DNA of 64,000 nucleotides from an uncultured Solirubrobacteraceae bacterium (GCA_963803335.1 CAWDME010000022.1:8325-72324); one strand, 5' to 3'; positions 18,174 through 27,496 are shown, counted from the stretch's first letter. Numbers and translations are program-made. Notes: a model not told the origin generated them from the sequence alone.

Positions 18174-19228
18174 GCCGGAGCCGGCTCGTGCGCGCGCAGT
18201 GCGTTGCGCAGCTCTCGCTCGACCTGCACAGTCGCCGCGTCCCAGCTCTGGCCGCGAACGAGCGCGCGACCGGCCTCCGAGCGACGCTGCCACTCGACCT
18301 CGTCGTCGAGCAGGGCTTCGAGCTCGTCGGCGATCGCAACGGGATCGAATGCGGCGAGCGCCACCGGCCCGCCGGGCGCAAACACCGAGCGAGTGCTGGG
18401 GCGGTCGAGCTCAACACACGGCAATCCGCACGCAAGCATCTCGCGCGGCACGAGCGAGTAGTTGGTCATCGACAGGCACAAGCCCGCGGTCGCCTCCGCG
18501 AACAGGTTCGCGAGCTGCTCGTGGTTCGCGACCCCGGCATCCTCGTGGTCAAACGGGGCTCCCGTCGGCTCGCTATTGCCGAACAGGACGATGCGGACGC
18601 CGGGGCGCCGGCGCCGCAGCTCGGTGAGCGCCAAGAACGCGAGCTGAACGGCCCGTCGCGGTGTGACCACGCGCGCATAGGCGATCACCGTGTCTCGCCG
18701 GCGTGTCACGGGCCGCGGGTGGTACACGCTCTCGTCCACTCCGTACTGAAACGTCCCTGCCTGCCCGCCGTAGCGGTCAACGTAGAGGCTGCGCAGCCAC
18801 GGGCTGCCGACGATCCCATAAAGGCCGAGGCCGTACGTGCGCTCCGCCCATTCGCGCTCGACCGACGTCGCGAAGAACTCAGGCTCGTGGTCGTTGACCA
18901 TGTAGGCGCGCGCGCGGCAGTCTGGAAGCTCGATGACCGGATACACGGTCTGCCAGCCTGTCGCGATCAAGACATCGGCGCCGTACCATTCGTCGAACTC
19001 ACGGAACACCGGCGCCTTTACCGGCGCGAACGATTCGACGATCATGCGCCGCAACACAGCACCGGTGCCCTGGTGGCCGGTCCCGCTCAGGTCGTGGACC
19101 CAGATCGAGCACGTGTGTCCTCTCCGCTCGAGCCGCTCGACGAGCTGGAAGATCGTGTAGTGGCCGCCGGAGCCGACATCGAACGTCGGCACGACGAAGG
19201 CCAGGTGCAGGCGCTCACGATCCGCCAT
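18170..19228 (-). CDS. GT-B fold glycosyltransferase (WsaF-like rhamnosyltransferase family)
   Basis: Starts MADRERLHLAFVVPTFDVGSGGHYTIFQLVERLERRGHTCSIWVHD. Further blocks ADVLIATGWQTVYPV, YMVNDHEPEFF, GLCLSMTNYSLVPREMLACGLPCVE. It is the intact C-terminal 352 codons of the 753-aa track ORF. Confidence 0.65.
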   Translation of the reverse strand: MADRERLHLAFVVPTFDVGSGGHYTIFQLVERLERRGHTCSIWVHDLSGTGHQGTGAVLRRMIVESFAPVKAPVFREFDEWYGADVLIATGWQTVYPVIELPDCRARAYMVNDHEPEFFATSVEREWAERTYGLGLYGIVGSPWLRSLYVDRYGGQAGTFQYGVDESVYHPRPVTRRRDTVIAYARVVTPRRAVQLAFLALTELRRRRPGVRIVLFGNSEPTGAPFDHEDAGVANHEQLANLFAEATAGLCLSMTNYSLVPREMLACGLPCVELDRPSTRSVFAPGGPVALAAFDPVAIADELEALLDDEVEWQRRSEAGRALVRGQSWDAATVQVERELRNALRAHEPAPA

Positions 19229-20243
19229 GCCCGGGTAGGGCGCCAGCAGCGGTGCGGGCCGGTTGCGCAGCGCGCGGGGCACGACGTCGAGCCGGTGCCG
19301 GGGGGCCGTCGCCGCCCGGTGGAGGGGCCGCCGGGCTCTCGTGGGCGCGAGCTTCGCGCGAGAGCGCGCGCTGCACCGGCGGCGGCAGCGCCTCGGCGCG
19401 CGAGCCGAGCGCCGAGAACGCTTTCCGGCCGCTGTGATGGATGATCGAGCGCGCCGTCCAGCGCGCGCGGGCCGATCGATGCCGTGGTCGCGCATGTAGC
19501 GCCGGTCGGCGGCAACGTCGCTCCGGACACCGCGCACGCGGAGCGCACGCCGAACGGCTGGACGTAGTCGATCGTCGCGCGCAGCCCGCGGTACTCGTCG
19601 AAGTAGCGGCGCATGAACTCGACAGAGCGGTAGTCGTGCGCGTGCAGCACCGCGGCGCCCGGGTGGTACGCCTTGCCAGCGCGGATGCGCCGCGAGCGCC
19701 CGGCCGAACGCCTGGTCCTCGCTGTAGGGAACGTCGTCGAAGCGGATCGCCTCCCAGCAGGCGCGCCGGTACGCGGCGTTCACGTTGGAGAGGAACGTGG
19801 TCTCCCCGGCGCTGAAGGTCCGCGGCGCGTCGCCGAAGCGGGTGAAGAACTCGGTCAGCTCGCGCGCGATCATCGGGCTCGTGTCCGGGCGCGGCAGGTG
19901 CGGACCGAACACGGCGCCGACGTCGGGCGAGACAGCGAACGCCTCGCGCACGGCAGCCGACCAGCCCGGGGCCGGCGTCGCGTCCTGCGTGAGGAAGGCG
20001 ATCACGTCGCCGCTCGCGCGCTCGGCGCCGAGGTTGCGCGTGCGGCCGTGGCCGAACTGCGCGGGCGCGATCTCGATCACCGTCGCGCCCGCGGCCCGCG
20101 CGATCTGCACCGAACCGTCCGGCGACCCGGAGTCGACGACGAGGACCTCATCGACGCCCTCGCGGGCAAGCGCGTCGAGCAGTTCGCCCAGGAAGCGGCT
20201 CCCGTCTTTGACGGGCACGACCGCTGTGACGCGCTCGCTCATC
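19215..20243 (-). pseudogene. GT2 (rhamnosyltransferase-like) with 3 or more frameshifts
   Basis: Starts MSERVTAVVPVKDGSRFLGELLDAL..VLVVDSGSPDGS..FLTQDATPAPGW..FLSNVNAAYRRACWEAIRFDDVPYSEDQAFGRALAAHPRW. It continues in other frames as KAYHPGAAVLHAHDYRSVEFMRRYFDEYRGLRATIDYVQPFGVRS / VRSDVAADRRYMRDHGIDRPARA / WTARSIIHHSGRKAFSALGSRAEALPPPVQRALS. Shifts fall near 19675, 19535 and 19465. Confidence 0.72.
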
Positions 20244-20246
20244 GCG

Positions 20247-20483
20247 TCAGGCGGCGGAGAGTCCCGACGGCGGCGCGTGGAGCGCGCGCGTCGCGATGCC
20301 GAACGTCCAGCGACCCGCGGCGTCGCCGAGCACACGGTTGGCGTCGATGTGCCAGCGATCGAGCCAGTAGAGCCGGTCCTGGGCGGCGGCGACCGTCGCG
20401 TTCGCCCGCTCGGTGCGCGCGGCCAGCTCACGCTCGAGCTCGGCGACGCGGGCGCGCAGCGCCTCTACCTCATCCTTTTCCAT
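20247..20483 (-). CDS. Small coiled-coil protein (hypothetical)
   Basis: MEKDEVEALRARVAELERELAARTERANATVAAAQDRLYWLDRWHIDANRVL... It sits 3 nt upstream of the GT2 start and has good third-position G/C bias. No known motif. Confidence 0.45.
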   Translation of the reverse strand: MEKDEVEALRARVAELERELAARTERANATVAAAQDRLYWLDRWHIDANRVLGDAAGRWTFGIATRALHAPPSGLSAA

Positions 20484-20539
20484 GGCCGCCCCCGACACGG
20501 CGAGCAACGTAGCAGGAGCTCCCTGCTATCCATCGGGCG

Positions 20540-21542
20540 ATGCCATCGCGCAAGGAGGTGCCGCGCCTGATCGAGTCGACGGGAGAGCGCATCGTCCCGT
20601 GGGCGCGCGACGCGCAGGTCATCTACGAGCACTACCACCGGTACCTGTGGGCGCGGCACTCGTCGCCGGCCGCCGTGTGCTCGATCTCGGCAGCGGCGAG
20701 GGCTTCGGCGCCGCGCTGCTCGCCGAGCGGCGAGCGCGGTCACCGGCGTCGACATCGACGAGGGCGCGGTCGCGCACGCGCGCGCGAACTACCCGCGCGG
20801 GGTCGACTTTCGCGTGGGCTCGGCGGCGGACCTCTCGGCGTTCGCCGATGGTGCGTTCGACGCCGTCGTGGCGTTCGAGATGATCGAGCACGTCGCCGAG
20901 CAGGAGCAGGTCCTCGCCGAGATCGCGCGTGTCCTCGCGCCGGGCGGCCTGCTCGTGATGTCCACGCCGGAGCGGCGCGCCTACTCCGACGAGCGCGACT
21001 TCGTCAACCCGTACCACGTGCGCGAGCTCACGCAGGCCGAGTTCACCGCGCTGCTGGGCGCCATTTCCCGCGCGTCGCGCTGTTCGCCCAGCGCGCAGTG
21101 GCCGGCTCGCGGATCGAGCGGCTCCGGACCGGCGGCCGAGGAGCACCTCACGCTCGCGATCGAGCGGCCGGCGACGACTGGCGAGCGGCCGTCCGCCCGA
21201 GCCGCTGTACCTCGTCGCCGTCGCCTCTTCCGGCGCGTTGCCGGCGCCCGCGGCGAGTCGACGCTCGTCGACTACGGGCTCGAGGTGCTCGCCGAGCGGC
21301 AGGCGAGGCGACGGGCGCTGGAGCAGAGGCGAGCACGTGCGCAGTGCTCGCCGAGTCGCGCCAAGCGGAGCTGTCCTGCGAGCAGCGCGGGCGCGAGCGG
21401 AGGACGAGGCACGGCGCGTCAAGGAGTCGGTGAGCTGGCGGGCGCTCGAGCGGGTGCGGCCTGCGGCGTGATCGGCGAGGAGTCGTTCCTCGGCCGCCAC
21501 CTGCGGGCGCTGCTGCACCGCGTCTTCAAGGCGTCGCGCTAG
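20540..21542 (+). pseudogene. SAM-dependent methyltransferase with C-terminal coiled-coil, multiply frameshifted
   Basis: MPSRKEVPRLIESTGERIVPWARDAQVIYEHYHRYLWARH (frame a), then LVAGRRVLDLGSGEGFGAALLAE (frame b, motif I). Frame c reads AVTGVDIDEGAVAHARANYPRGVDFRVGSAADL..FDAVVAFEMIEHVAEQEQVL..LAPGGLLVMSTP. This is followed by HFPRVALFAQRAVAGSRIERL, PEPLYLVAVASSGALPAP, STLVDYGLEVLAERQ and ..SVSWRALERVRPAA / GEESFLGRHLRALLHRVFKASR in alternating frames. The first shifts fall near 20655, 20735 and 21065, with several more between 21120 and 21470. Confidence 0.7.
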
Positions 21543-22328
21543 AGGTTCTCGGCGAGGCGGGCCGCCTCGCGCGAACACCCAGATGCCGAGCGCGAGCACG
21601 AGCGCCGTGAGCCCGAGCGGGATCAGCAGCCAGCCGGCGCCGCCGAGCAGCGTCGCGACGGTCGGCGCGGTCGGGTCGACGACGGCGTGCCGCACCTGCG
21701 TGAGCACCGCCGCGATCGGGTTGAGCAGATAGAGGCGCTGCCAGTCCTCGGGGATCATGGACGCTACATAGAGGATCGGCGAGGCGTAGAAGAGGATCTG
21801 GGTCGCGACTTCCCAGATCGGCTGCACGTCGCGGTAGCGGACGTACAGCACCGAGAGCAGCAGGCCGACCCCGGTCGTGACGACGGTCAGCAGGGCGATC
21901 AGCACCGGCAGCTCGAGCCAGCCCCAGTTCGGATAGACGCCGCTGGCGATCGCGAAGAGGAACACGGCGACGAGCGTGGCGAGGAGGTTCATCAGGGCGG
22001 TCAAGACCGTGCTGAGCGGAACCACGAGCTGCGGGAAGCGCATCTTGCGCAGCAGGTTCTCGCGCCGCACGACGGCGGTGACCGATCCGCCCGTGGCCTC
22101 GCCGAAGAACTGGAACAGCACCATCGAGAAGAGGATGCAGATGCCGTAGTCCTTGATGTCGTTGCCGATCTTGGCGACCTCGGTGAACACGAGGTAGATC
22201 ACGCCGAAGAACGCGAACGGGCGCGCGAGCGTCCACGCGTAGCCGAGCGCGGAGCCGTAGAAGCGCAGCCGCCAGTCGGTCACGGCGAGCATCCAGGTGA
22301 GCTCCCAGAAGCGGCGGCCGCCGGTCAT
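21539..22328 (-). pseudogene. wzm: ABC-2 type polysaccharide export permease (Wzm) with a frameshift ~10 codons before the stop
   Basis: MTGGRRFWELTWMLAVTDWRLRFYGSALGYAWTLARPFAFFGVIYLVF.., six TM stretches, LYVRYRDVQPIWEV, LLNPIAAVLTQVRH. As sequenced, the frame runs on for ~300 junk codons to 20619. A 1-nt correction near 21570 gives ..GIWVF-REAARLAENL-stop at 21539. ATGA overlap with the wzt stop. Confidence 0.78.
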
Positions 22329-23525
22329 CGCCGCTCGATCGCGATCGCGTGCGGCGGGTCGACGAGGCCCTCCGTGGGGCGATCGCTGTGCACCGTCAGC
22401 GCGACGAAGTCCACGCGCGCGTCCAGGGCCTCCGTGCCCGCGCCCGCCCGGGCGAGCGAAGGCGTCAAGCGGTAGGTGCCGGGCGCGAGCCAGTTGTCGA
22501 AGCAGGCACGACGATCGCGACGTCGCCCGCCTCGTAGCGGTCGGTCGGCACCTCCTGCACGTCGGTGCGCGTCGCGAACACGATGTGGCCGGCCGGGTGG
22601 CGCAGCGTGAAGCCGAACACGGGCTCGTCGAGCGGCGCGCGGAAGCGCACCTCCATCACGAATTGGGCGCCCGGTCGCCGTGGGCGAGGGCGGGCACGCG
22701 CTCGCCGGCGGCGTCCTCGAACCATGCGCCGGTGATCTCGGCCTCGGTCTGGTCGCCTTCGCGGGCGCCCCCGGTGGCGTCCGCGCTAGCGGCCGAAGTT
22801 GATCTCGTTGTAGGTCTGGGCCACGTGGTGCGGGTCGCCGATCTCGACGACCTTGCCGCGCTCGAGCACCATCGCCCGGTCGCAGAACCGCTCGACCGCG
22901 TGCATGTCGTGGGTGACGAGCACGATCGTCCGGCCGGCCGCCTTCAGGCTCATGAACTGGTCGAAGCACTTCTGCTGGAACGCGGCGTCGCCGACGGCCA
23001 GCACCTCGTCGACCAGCAGCACGTCGGTCTTGACCTGCGTGGCGACGGCGAACGCGAGCCGGACCTGCATCCCTGACGAGTAGTTCTTGAGCTTGAGGTC
23101 GAGGAACTCCTCGAGCTCCGCGAAGTCGATGATGGCGTCGAAGCTGTCGCGCGCCTCGCGCCGTGACAGGCCGAGCATGATCGCGTTGATGAGCACGTTG
23201 TCGCGTGCCGTGAGATCCATGTTGAAGCCGACGCCGAGCTCGATGAACGGCGAAAGGCTCCCCTCCACGCCCATCGTGCCGCTGTCGGTCGTATGTAGAT
23301 CCCGGCCAGGCACTTGAGCAGCGTGCTCTTGCCACTCCCGTTGCGGCCCACGATGCCGAAAAACTCGCCCTGCTCGACGGTCACCGATACGTCCTGCAGC
23401 GCGCGCAGCTCATCGACCTGGCGGGCGCGGAACGGGTGCAGCGCGCGCTCCTTCAGCGTCGAGTAGCGCTGGTGCGGCAGGCGGAACGTCTTGTTGACGC
23501 CCGTGACCGTGATGGCGGCGCTCAT
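22325..23525 (-). pseudogene. wzt: ABC polysaccharide export ATPase (Wzt/TagH type) with extra C-terminal glycan-binding-type domain, about 4 frameshifts
   Basis: MSAAITVTGVNKTF..FFGIVGRNGSGKSTLLKCLAGIY (Walker A). After a shift near 23293 comes TDSGTMGVEGSLSPFIELGVGF..YSSGMQVRLAFA (signature) ..LLVDEVLAVGD (Walker B) ..VLVTHDM..INFGR, then an in-frame TAG at 22786. The C-domain pieces are GDQTEAEITGAWFEDAAGERVPALAHGDR / QFVMEVRFRAPLDEPVFGFTLRHPAGHIVFATRTDVQEV / CFDNWLAPGTYRLTPSLAR..VDFVALTVHSD. Shifts fall near 22787, 22668 and 22506. Confidence 0.8.
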
Positions 23526-23642
23526 GCGGGAGAATGGGGTGGGAGCACTAGATCCGCAGAGGAACTAGAGGTTGCTGGTGCAGTAGTGTGCAGGGTGGGT
23601 AGGAGTGCGTGGCAGAAGGGATAGAGTCGCAGCGAGTACACG

Positions 23643-24147
23643 TCACGCAGTACTAGATGACGAAGAACGCACGCAGGCAGAAAAGAGAGAAGCTCTAGAG
23701 TGCGCGTACGTGTTGTACTCGTGAGAGGAGTCTAGATCACGAGGAGCGGTGTGACGAGCTAGGTTGAGTAGAGATCGAGAGGTATAGCGCACGTCGCCGG
23801 TGGAGTAGATCTCCTCGCCGTCGGTGCGGGAGAGGTTAGAGCGCGCGGTGTGCTGGTAGACATCGATCGAGATCACGCGTGGCGGCGTCGCGATATGGCC
23901 GTAGCGCCGAGGTAGAGCAGGCGGTCGCGCAGCACAGCGCGCTGCCGCGGTTTGCGTGCCGATCTCGATCACCGTGTCGGGCGCCTGCTCCCACAGCAGA
24001 TGCTCGTACGTGCGCAGGTCTCGGGGAACTGGACAGCGGGACGCCTGTGTACGAGTCGTGCGTGTGCTGGGCGGCGCGGGCGAGCCAGTATTCGCGCAGC
24101 GCGCCGCTGATGTCAGCGATGACGGGCGGTGGTAGCGCATTCCGCAC
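23643..24147 (-). pseudogene. CmcI/cephalosporin-hydroxylase-like (rhamnosyl O-methyltransferase family) remnant, frameshifted and 3'-degenerate
   Basis: VIADISGALREYWLARAAQHTHDSYTGVPLS / FPRDLRTYEHLLWEQAPDTVIEIGTQ / GSAL / LRDRLLYLG / RYGHIATPPRVISIDV..GEEIYSTGDV..DLDSSHEY. This is the W-G-x-P..K-P-D-L..YxELi..P-D-x-I-I-E-x-G..GGS..iDi..LDSxH order of the CmcI family as I recall it. There are 4 or more shifts near 24020-23905. The last ~50 codons lie in the compositionally aberrant tract and lack the expected C-terminal ~70 residues. The start is uncertain. Confidence 0.5.
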
Positions 24148-24188
24148 GGCCCACGGCGATGCCGCGGTGGCCTTGGACGTACTGCGGG

Positions 24189-24860
24189 TCAGGTGCGCCG
24201 GAGCGTCGAGCTGCCGACGTCGGCGAAGCCGGCGACGTGCATCGCCTCGATCAGCGCGGCACGGTTCGGGACGAGGCTGACGATGCCGCCGAACGACGCC
24301 ACCGGGTTGCCCTCGGCGTCCTGCTCCTCCGCGGGCTCGAGGACGGCTGCAGTGGCCGAGTGTCTCGCGGAACTCGTCGGTCGAGCCCCAGCCGAGCCGG
24401 ATCGGCTCGTTGTGCGCGGTGAGCTGCGACTCGACGACGGCGATCCCCCGCGAGCAGGCGCGCGCAACCCGTAGCGCGCCCACCGGGTTCTCGAGGTGGT
24501 AGATTAGGCCGAGCACGAGCACGACGTCGAACGAGCCGAGCGCTTCAGCGGCGAACACGTCTATGTGCTCGAAGCGCAGCTGTTCGCTGCGTCCGAAGTG
24601 GTCGGCGATCAGCCGGGCGCGGCGGACGTTCGCCTCGCGCACGTCGAGCCCGACGACACGCGCCGCGCCCCACTCGAGCACGCGGTGGGTGAACCAGCGC
24701 TCGTTGCAGCCGAGGTCGAGCACGCTGGCGTCCGGCCCGGCCCGGCGTAGCGCCTCGTGACGACAGGCTCGATCATCGCGCGGCGCGTCTCATGCACGCT
24801 TGGCAGCTCCGAGCCGGCGAGGTCGATGGCGACCTCGTTGGTCAGCCGCCACGGGTACAT
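24189..24860 (-). pseudogene. SAM-dependent methyltransferase, 2 frameshifts
   Basis: MYPWRLTNEVAIDLAGSELPSVHETRRAMIEPVVTRRYAGPGRT / VLDLGCNERWFTHRVLEWGAARVVGLDVREANVRRARLIADHFG..FDVVLVLGLIYHLENPVGAL..GIAVVESQ / TAAVLEPAEEQDAEGNPVASFGGIVSLVPNRAALIEAMHVAGFADV. Shifts fall near 24730 and 24355. Confidence 0.68.
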
Positions 24861-25003
24861 CCACGGCAGCGGCGATCGCAGCTCGGCCTCGAGCTCTGGT
24901 GCCAGCGCGTGCGGCAGCCGGCTCTAGAGCCAGGAAGGAGGTCATTGAACGACATTTCCGGGAGCGAATCCGGCAGCCTAGCCGCGTCTGGCATCGTTGA
25001 GCT

Positions 25004-26533
25004 GTGTATTCGGCTCGCACCAAGCGTTGCGCGCTGGTCTCGGCGGTCCTCGGCTCAGCGGTCGTGTTCATCGATGGGACCGTGGTCAACGTGGCGCTGC
25101 CGGCGATCCGGGAGGACCTCGGCTCAGGGCTCGCCGCGCAGCAGTGGATCGTCGAGGCGTACCTGCTCACGCTCGGCTCGCTGGTGCTGGTCGGCGGCTC
25201 GCTCGGCGACCGCCTGGGCCGTCGCCGCGTGTTCATAGTCGGGCTGATCGGCTTCGGCGCGCTGTCGGCGCTGTGCGCGATCGCGCCGAACCCGGGAGCG
25301 CTGATCGCCGCGCGGGCGCTGCAGGGCGCGGCGGGGGCGCTGCTCGTCCCTTCGAGCCTCGCGCTCATCACCGCGATCTTCAGCGCCGAGGAGCGGGGCG
25401 CGGCGATCGGCACGTGGACGGCCTGGACCGGCGTCGCGTTCGTCTCCGGGCCGCTGGCGGGCGGCGCGCTGGTCGAGTACGCCTCGTGGCGCTGGATCTT
25501 CGCGATCAACGTTCCGCTGGTGCTCATCACCCTGTACACGGCGCGCGAGCTGCCCGAGAGCCGCGACGAGGAGACCACCGGCGGGATCGACTACCTCGGC
25601 GCGGTGCTCGCCTCGGTCGGTCTTGCGGGGCCGGTGTTCGCGCTGACCGAGCAGCCCACCCACGGCTGGGGCCATCCGTTCGTGTTCATCCCGATGATCG
25701 CCGGGCTGGCGCTGCTCGGCCTGTTCCTCTGGCACGAGGCCCGCACGCCCGCGCCGATGCTGCCGCTGCGGCTGTTCACCTTCCGCAACTTCGCGGTCGG
25801 CAACCTGGCGACGCTGCTGGTCTACAGCGGGCTCGGCGCGGCGACGTTCTACATCACGATCTTCCTGCAGCAGGTCGGCGGCTACAGCCCGATCGCCGCC
25901 GGCGTGTCGCTGCTGCCGATCACGGTGGTCATGTGGGCGCTGTCCCGACGCTGGGGCGCGCTGTCGGTGCGGATCGGGCCCCGGTTCCTGATGGGCTGCG
26001 GGCCGCTCGTCGCCGGCCTTGGGCTGATCTGGATCAGCCGGATAGACGCCGACATCAACTACCTCACCGATCTCCTGCCCGGCGTGCTGGTGTTCGGCCT
26101 TGGGCTGTCCGCCACCGTCGCGCCGTTGACGAACACCGTGCTGAGCGCGGTGCCGCAGCACCACGCCGGGGTCGCGAGCGGGGTCAACAACCAGGTCTCG
26201 CGCGTCGCCACGCTGCTGGCGATCGCCGTGGTCGGCGCGATCGTCGCGGCGCGCTTCGAGTCCGTGCTCGGCTCGAGCTCCGTGCCGCCGCTGTCCGGCG
26301 GGCCGCCGGACGTCGTGGCGGCGTCGGTCGCCGCGTTCCACACGGGTCTGCTGGTCGCCGGCCTGTTCGTGATGTGCGGCGGGGTGATCTCGCTGGTCGG
26401 AATCGTCAACCCGCGCGCCGCGGCCGATCGCGCGGTCATGGACGAGCCCGGCGCGATCCGGATCGCACAGCCGTGCCCCGAGGGCCGCATCCCCGCCGGG
26501 ACGTCATCGGCGGCCGCCGCCACGCCGCCCTAG
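25004..26533 (+). CDS. MFS transporter, DHA2 (EmrB/QacA, 14-TMS) type
   Basis: GTG start. VVFIDGTVVNVALPAI, QWIVEAYLLTLGSLVLVGGSLGDRLGRRRVFIVGL (motif A), about 14 hydrophobic segments, 509 aa. Confidence 0.9.
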   Translation: MYSARTKRCALVSAVLGSAVVFIDGTVVNVALPAIREDLGSGLAAQQWIVEAYLLTLGSLVLVGGSLGDRLGRRRVFIVGLIGFGALSALCAIAPNPGALIAARALQGAAGALLVPSSLALITAIFSAEERGAAIGTWTAWTGVAFVSGPLAGGALVEYASWRWIFAINVPLVLITLYTARELPESRDEETTGGIDYLGAVLASVGLAGPVFALTEQPTHGWGHPFVFIPMIAGLALLGLFLWHEARTPAPMLPLRLFTFRNFAVGNLATLLVYSGLGAATFYITIFLQQVGGYSPIAAGVSLLPITVVMWALSRRWGALSVRIGPRFLMGCGPLVAGLGLIWISRIDADINYLTDLLPGVLVFGLGLSATVAPLTNTVLSAVPQHHAGVASGVNNQVSRVATLLAIAVVGAIVAARFESVLGSSSVPPLSGGPPDVVAASVAAFHTGLLVAGLFVMCGGVISLVGIVNPRAAADRAVMDEPGAIRIAQPCPEGRIPAGTSSAAAATPP

Positions 26534-26536
26534 CAT

Positions 26537-27484
26537 TTGCTGGCGATGGGGGACCGCTTCACGCTCTCGCTGCGCACCTACACATGGGTGGCGTATGCCG
26601 CGCTCACCACACTCGTCCTGATCGTGCTGAGCGGCGCGGGCGTGCGGCTCACCGGCTCCGGCCTCGGCTGTCCGAGCTGGCCCGACTGCCGCGGCACGTT
26701 CCTGCCCGAGCTGTCCTCGCACGTGTGGATCGAGTACGGCAACCGGCTGTTCTCGAGCGTCGTCGGCATCGCCTGCGTCGCCGCCGGTGTGCTCGCGTTC
26801 CGCGTGCGGCCGCGGCGGCCGGACCTGCGCCGGCCCGCGCTCGTGCTCGCCGGCGGCGTCGTCGCACAGGGCCTGCTCGGCGGGCTCACCGTTGCGCTCG
26901 ACCTGTCGTGGCCTGTCGTGATCGCCCACTACCTGCTGTCGATGACGCTGCTGCTCGCCGCCGCGATCCTCGTCTGGCGCGTGCGCGGCGGCGTGGGTCG
27001 CGGCGGTGACCGCTACGTCACGCTCGCGACGCGGGTGCTGGTGGTGTATGGGGCGCTGGTGATCGTCGCCGGCACGTTCGCGACCGCGGCGGGGCCGCAC
27101 GCCGGCGGCGCCGGCACCGGCGACGTCGTCAAGCGGCTCGACGCATTCGGCGCCGGGACCCTGAAGACGCTCATCCACCTGCACGGGCACATGGCCACGG
27201 CGCTCGGCATCGCGGCGATCGCTCTGTGGGCGTTCGCGCGCGCCCGCGGCGTGCGCGGCACGCTGATGCTGACGCTGACCGGTGTCTGCCTGCTCATCGG
27301 CCTGCAGGGCGTCGTCGGCCTGATCCAGTACTACAACGCGCTGCCCGCCGAGGTCGTGTGGGTGCACGCGTCGCTGCCCGCCGTGCTGTGGGTGCTGCTC
27401 GTCTGGAGCTGGGCGGCGGCCGGTCCGGTCGCGGCCGCGGCAACTGAGCCGGCCGGCGCGGGCGCGCGCGTCGGCGCGGCCTAA
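26537..27484 (+). CDS. ctaA: Heme A synthase (COX15/CtaA family)
   Basis: RLTGSGLGCPSWPDC cysteine pair, WIEYGNRL, HYLLSM, a second His-containing half (IHLHGHMA), 8 TM-like stretches, 315 aa. The start could be the internal ATG at 26546. Confidence 0.85.
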   Translation: MLAMGDRFTLSLRTYTWVAYAALTTLVLIVLSGAGVRLTGSGLGCPSWPDCRGTFLPELSSHVWIEYGNRLFSSVVGIACVAAGVLAFRVRPRRPDLRRPALVLAGGVVAQGLLGGLTVALDLSWPVVIAHYLLSMTLLLAAAILVWRVRGGVGRGGDRYVTLATRVLVVYGALVIVAGTFATAAGPHAGGAGTGDVVKRLDAFGAGTLKTLIHLHGHMATALGIAAIALWAFARARGVRGTLMLTLTGVCLLIGLQGVVGLIQYYNALPAEVVWVHASLPAVLWVLLVWSWAAAGPVAAAATEPAGAGARVGAA

Positions 27485-27496
27485 CGTCGCCCTGGC

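Noticed and set aside
18170-20431. The 753-aa ORF read as a single GT2-GT fusion protein.
   Set aside because: The middle ~150 residues are Arg/Ala-rich nonsense. The recognisable GT2 C-terminal blocks (HAHDYRSVEFMRRYFDEYRG, WTARSIIHHSGRK) lie in the other two frames. The WsaF-like gene has its own ATG at 19228. The long ORF is an accidental read-through of a frameshifted gene into the next one.
23436-23624. 62-aa plus-strand ORF spanning the wzt start and the anomalous tract, as a possible real small gene explaining the odd composition.
   Set aside because: It overlaps the wzt N-terminus antisense, has no RBS and is Arg/Ala/Gly-rich. The tract is better explained as degenerate minus-strand sequence.
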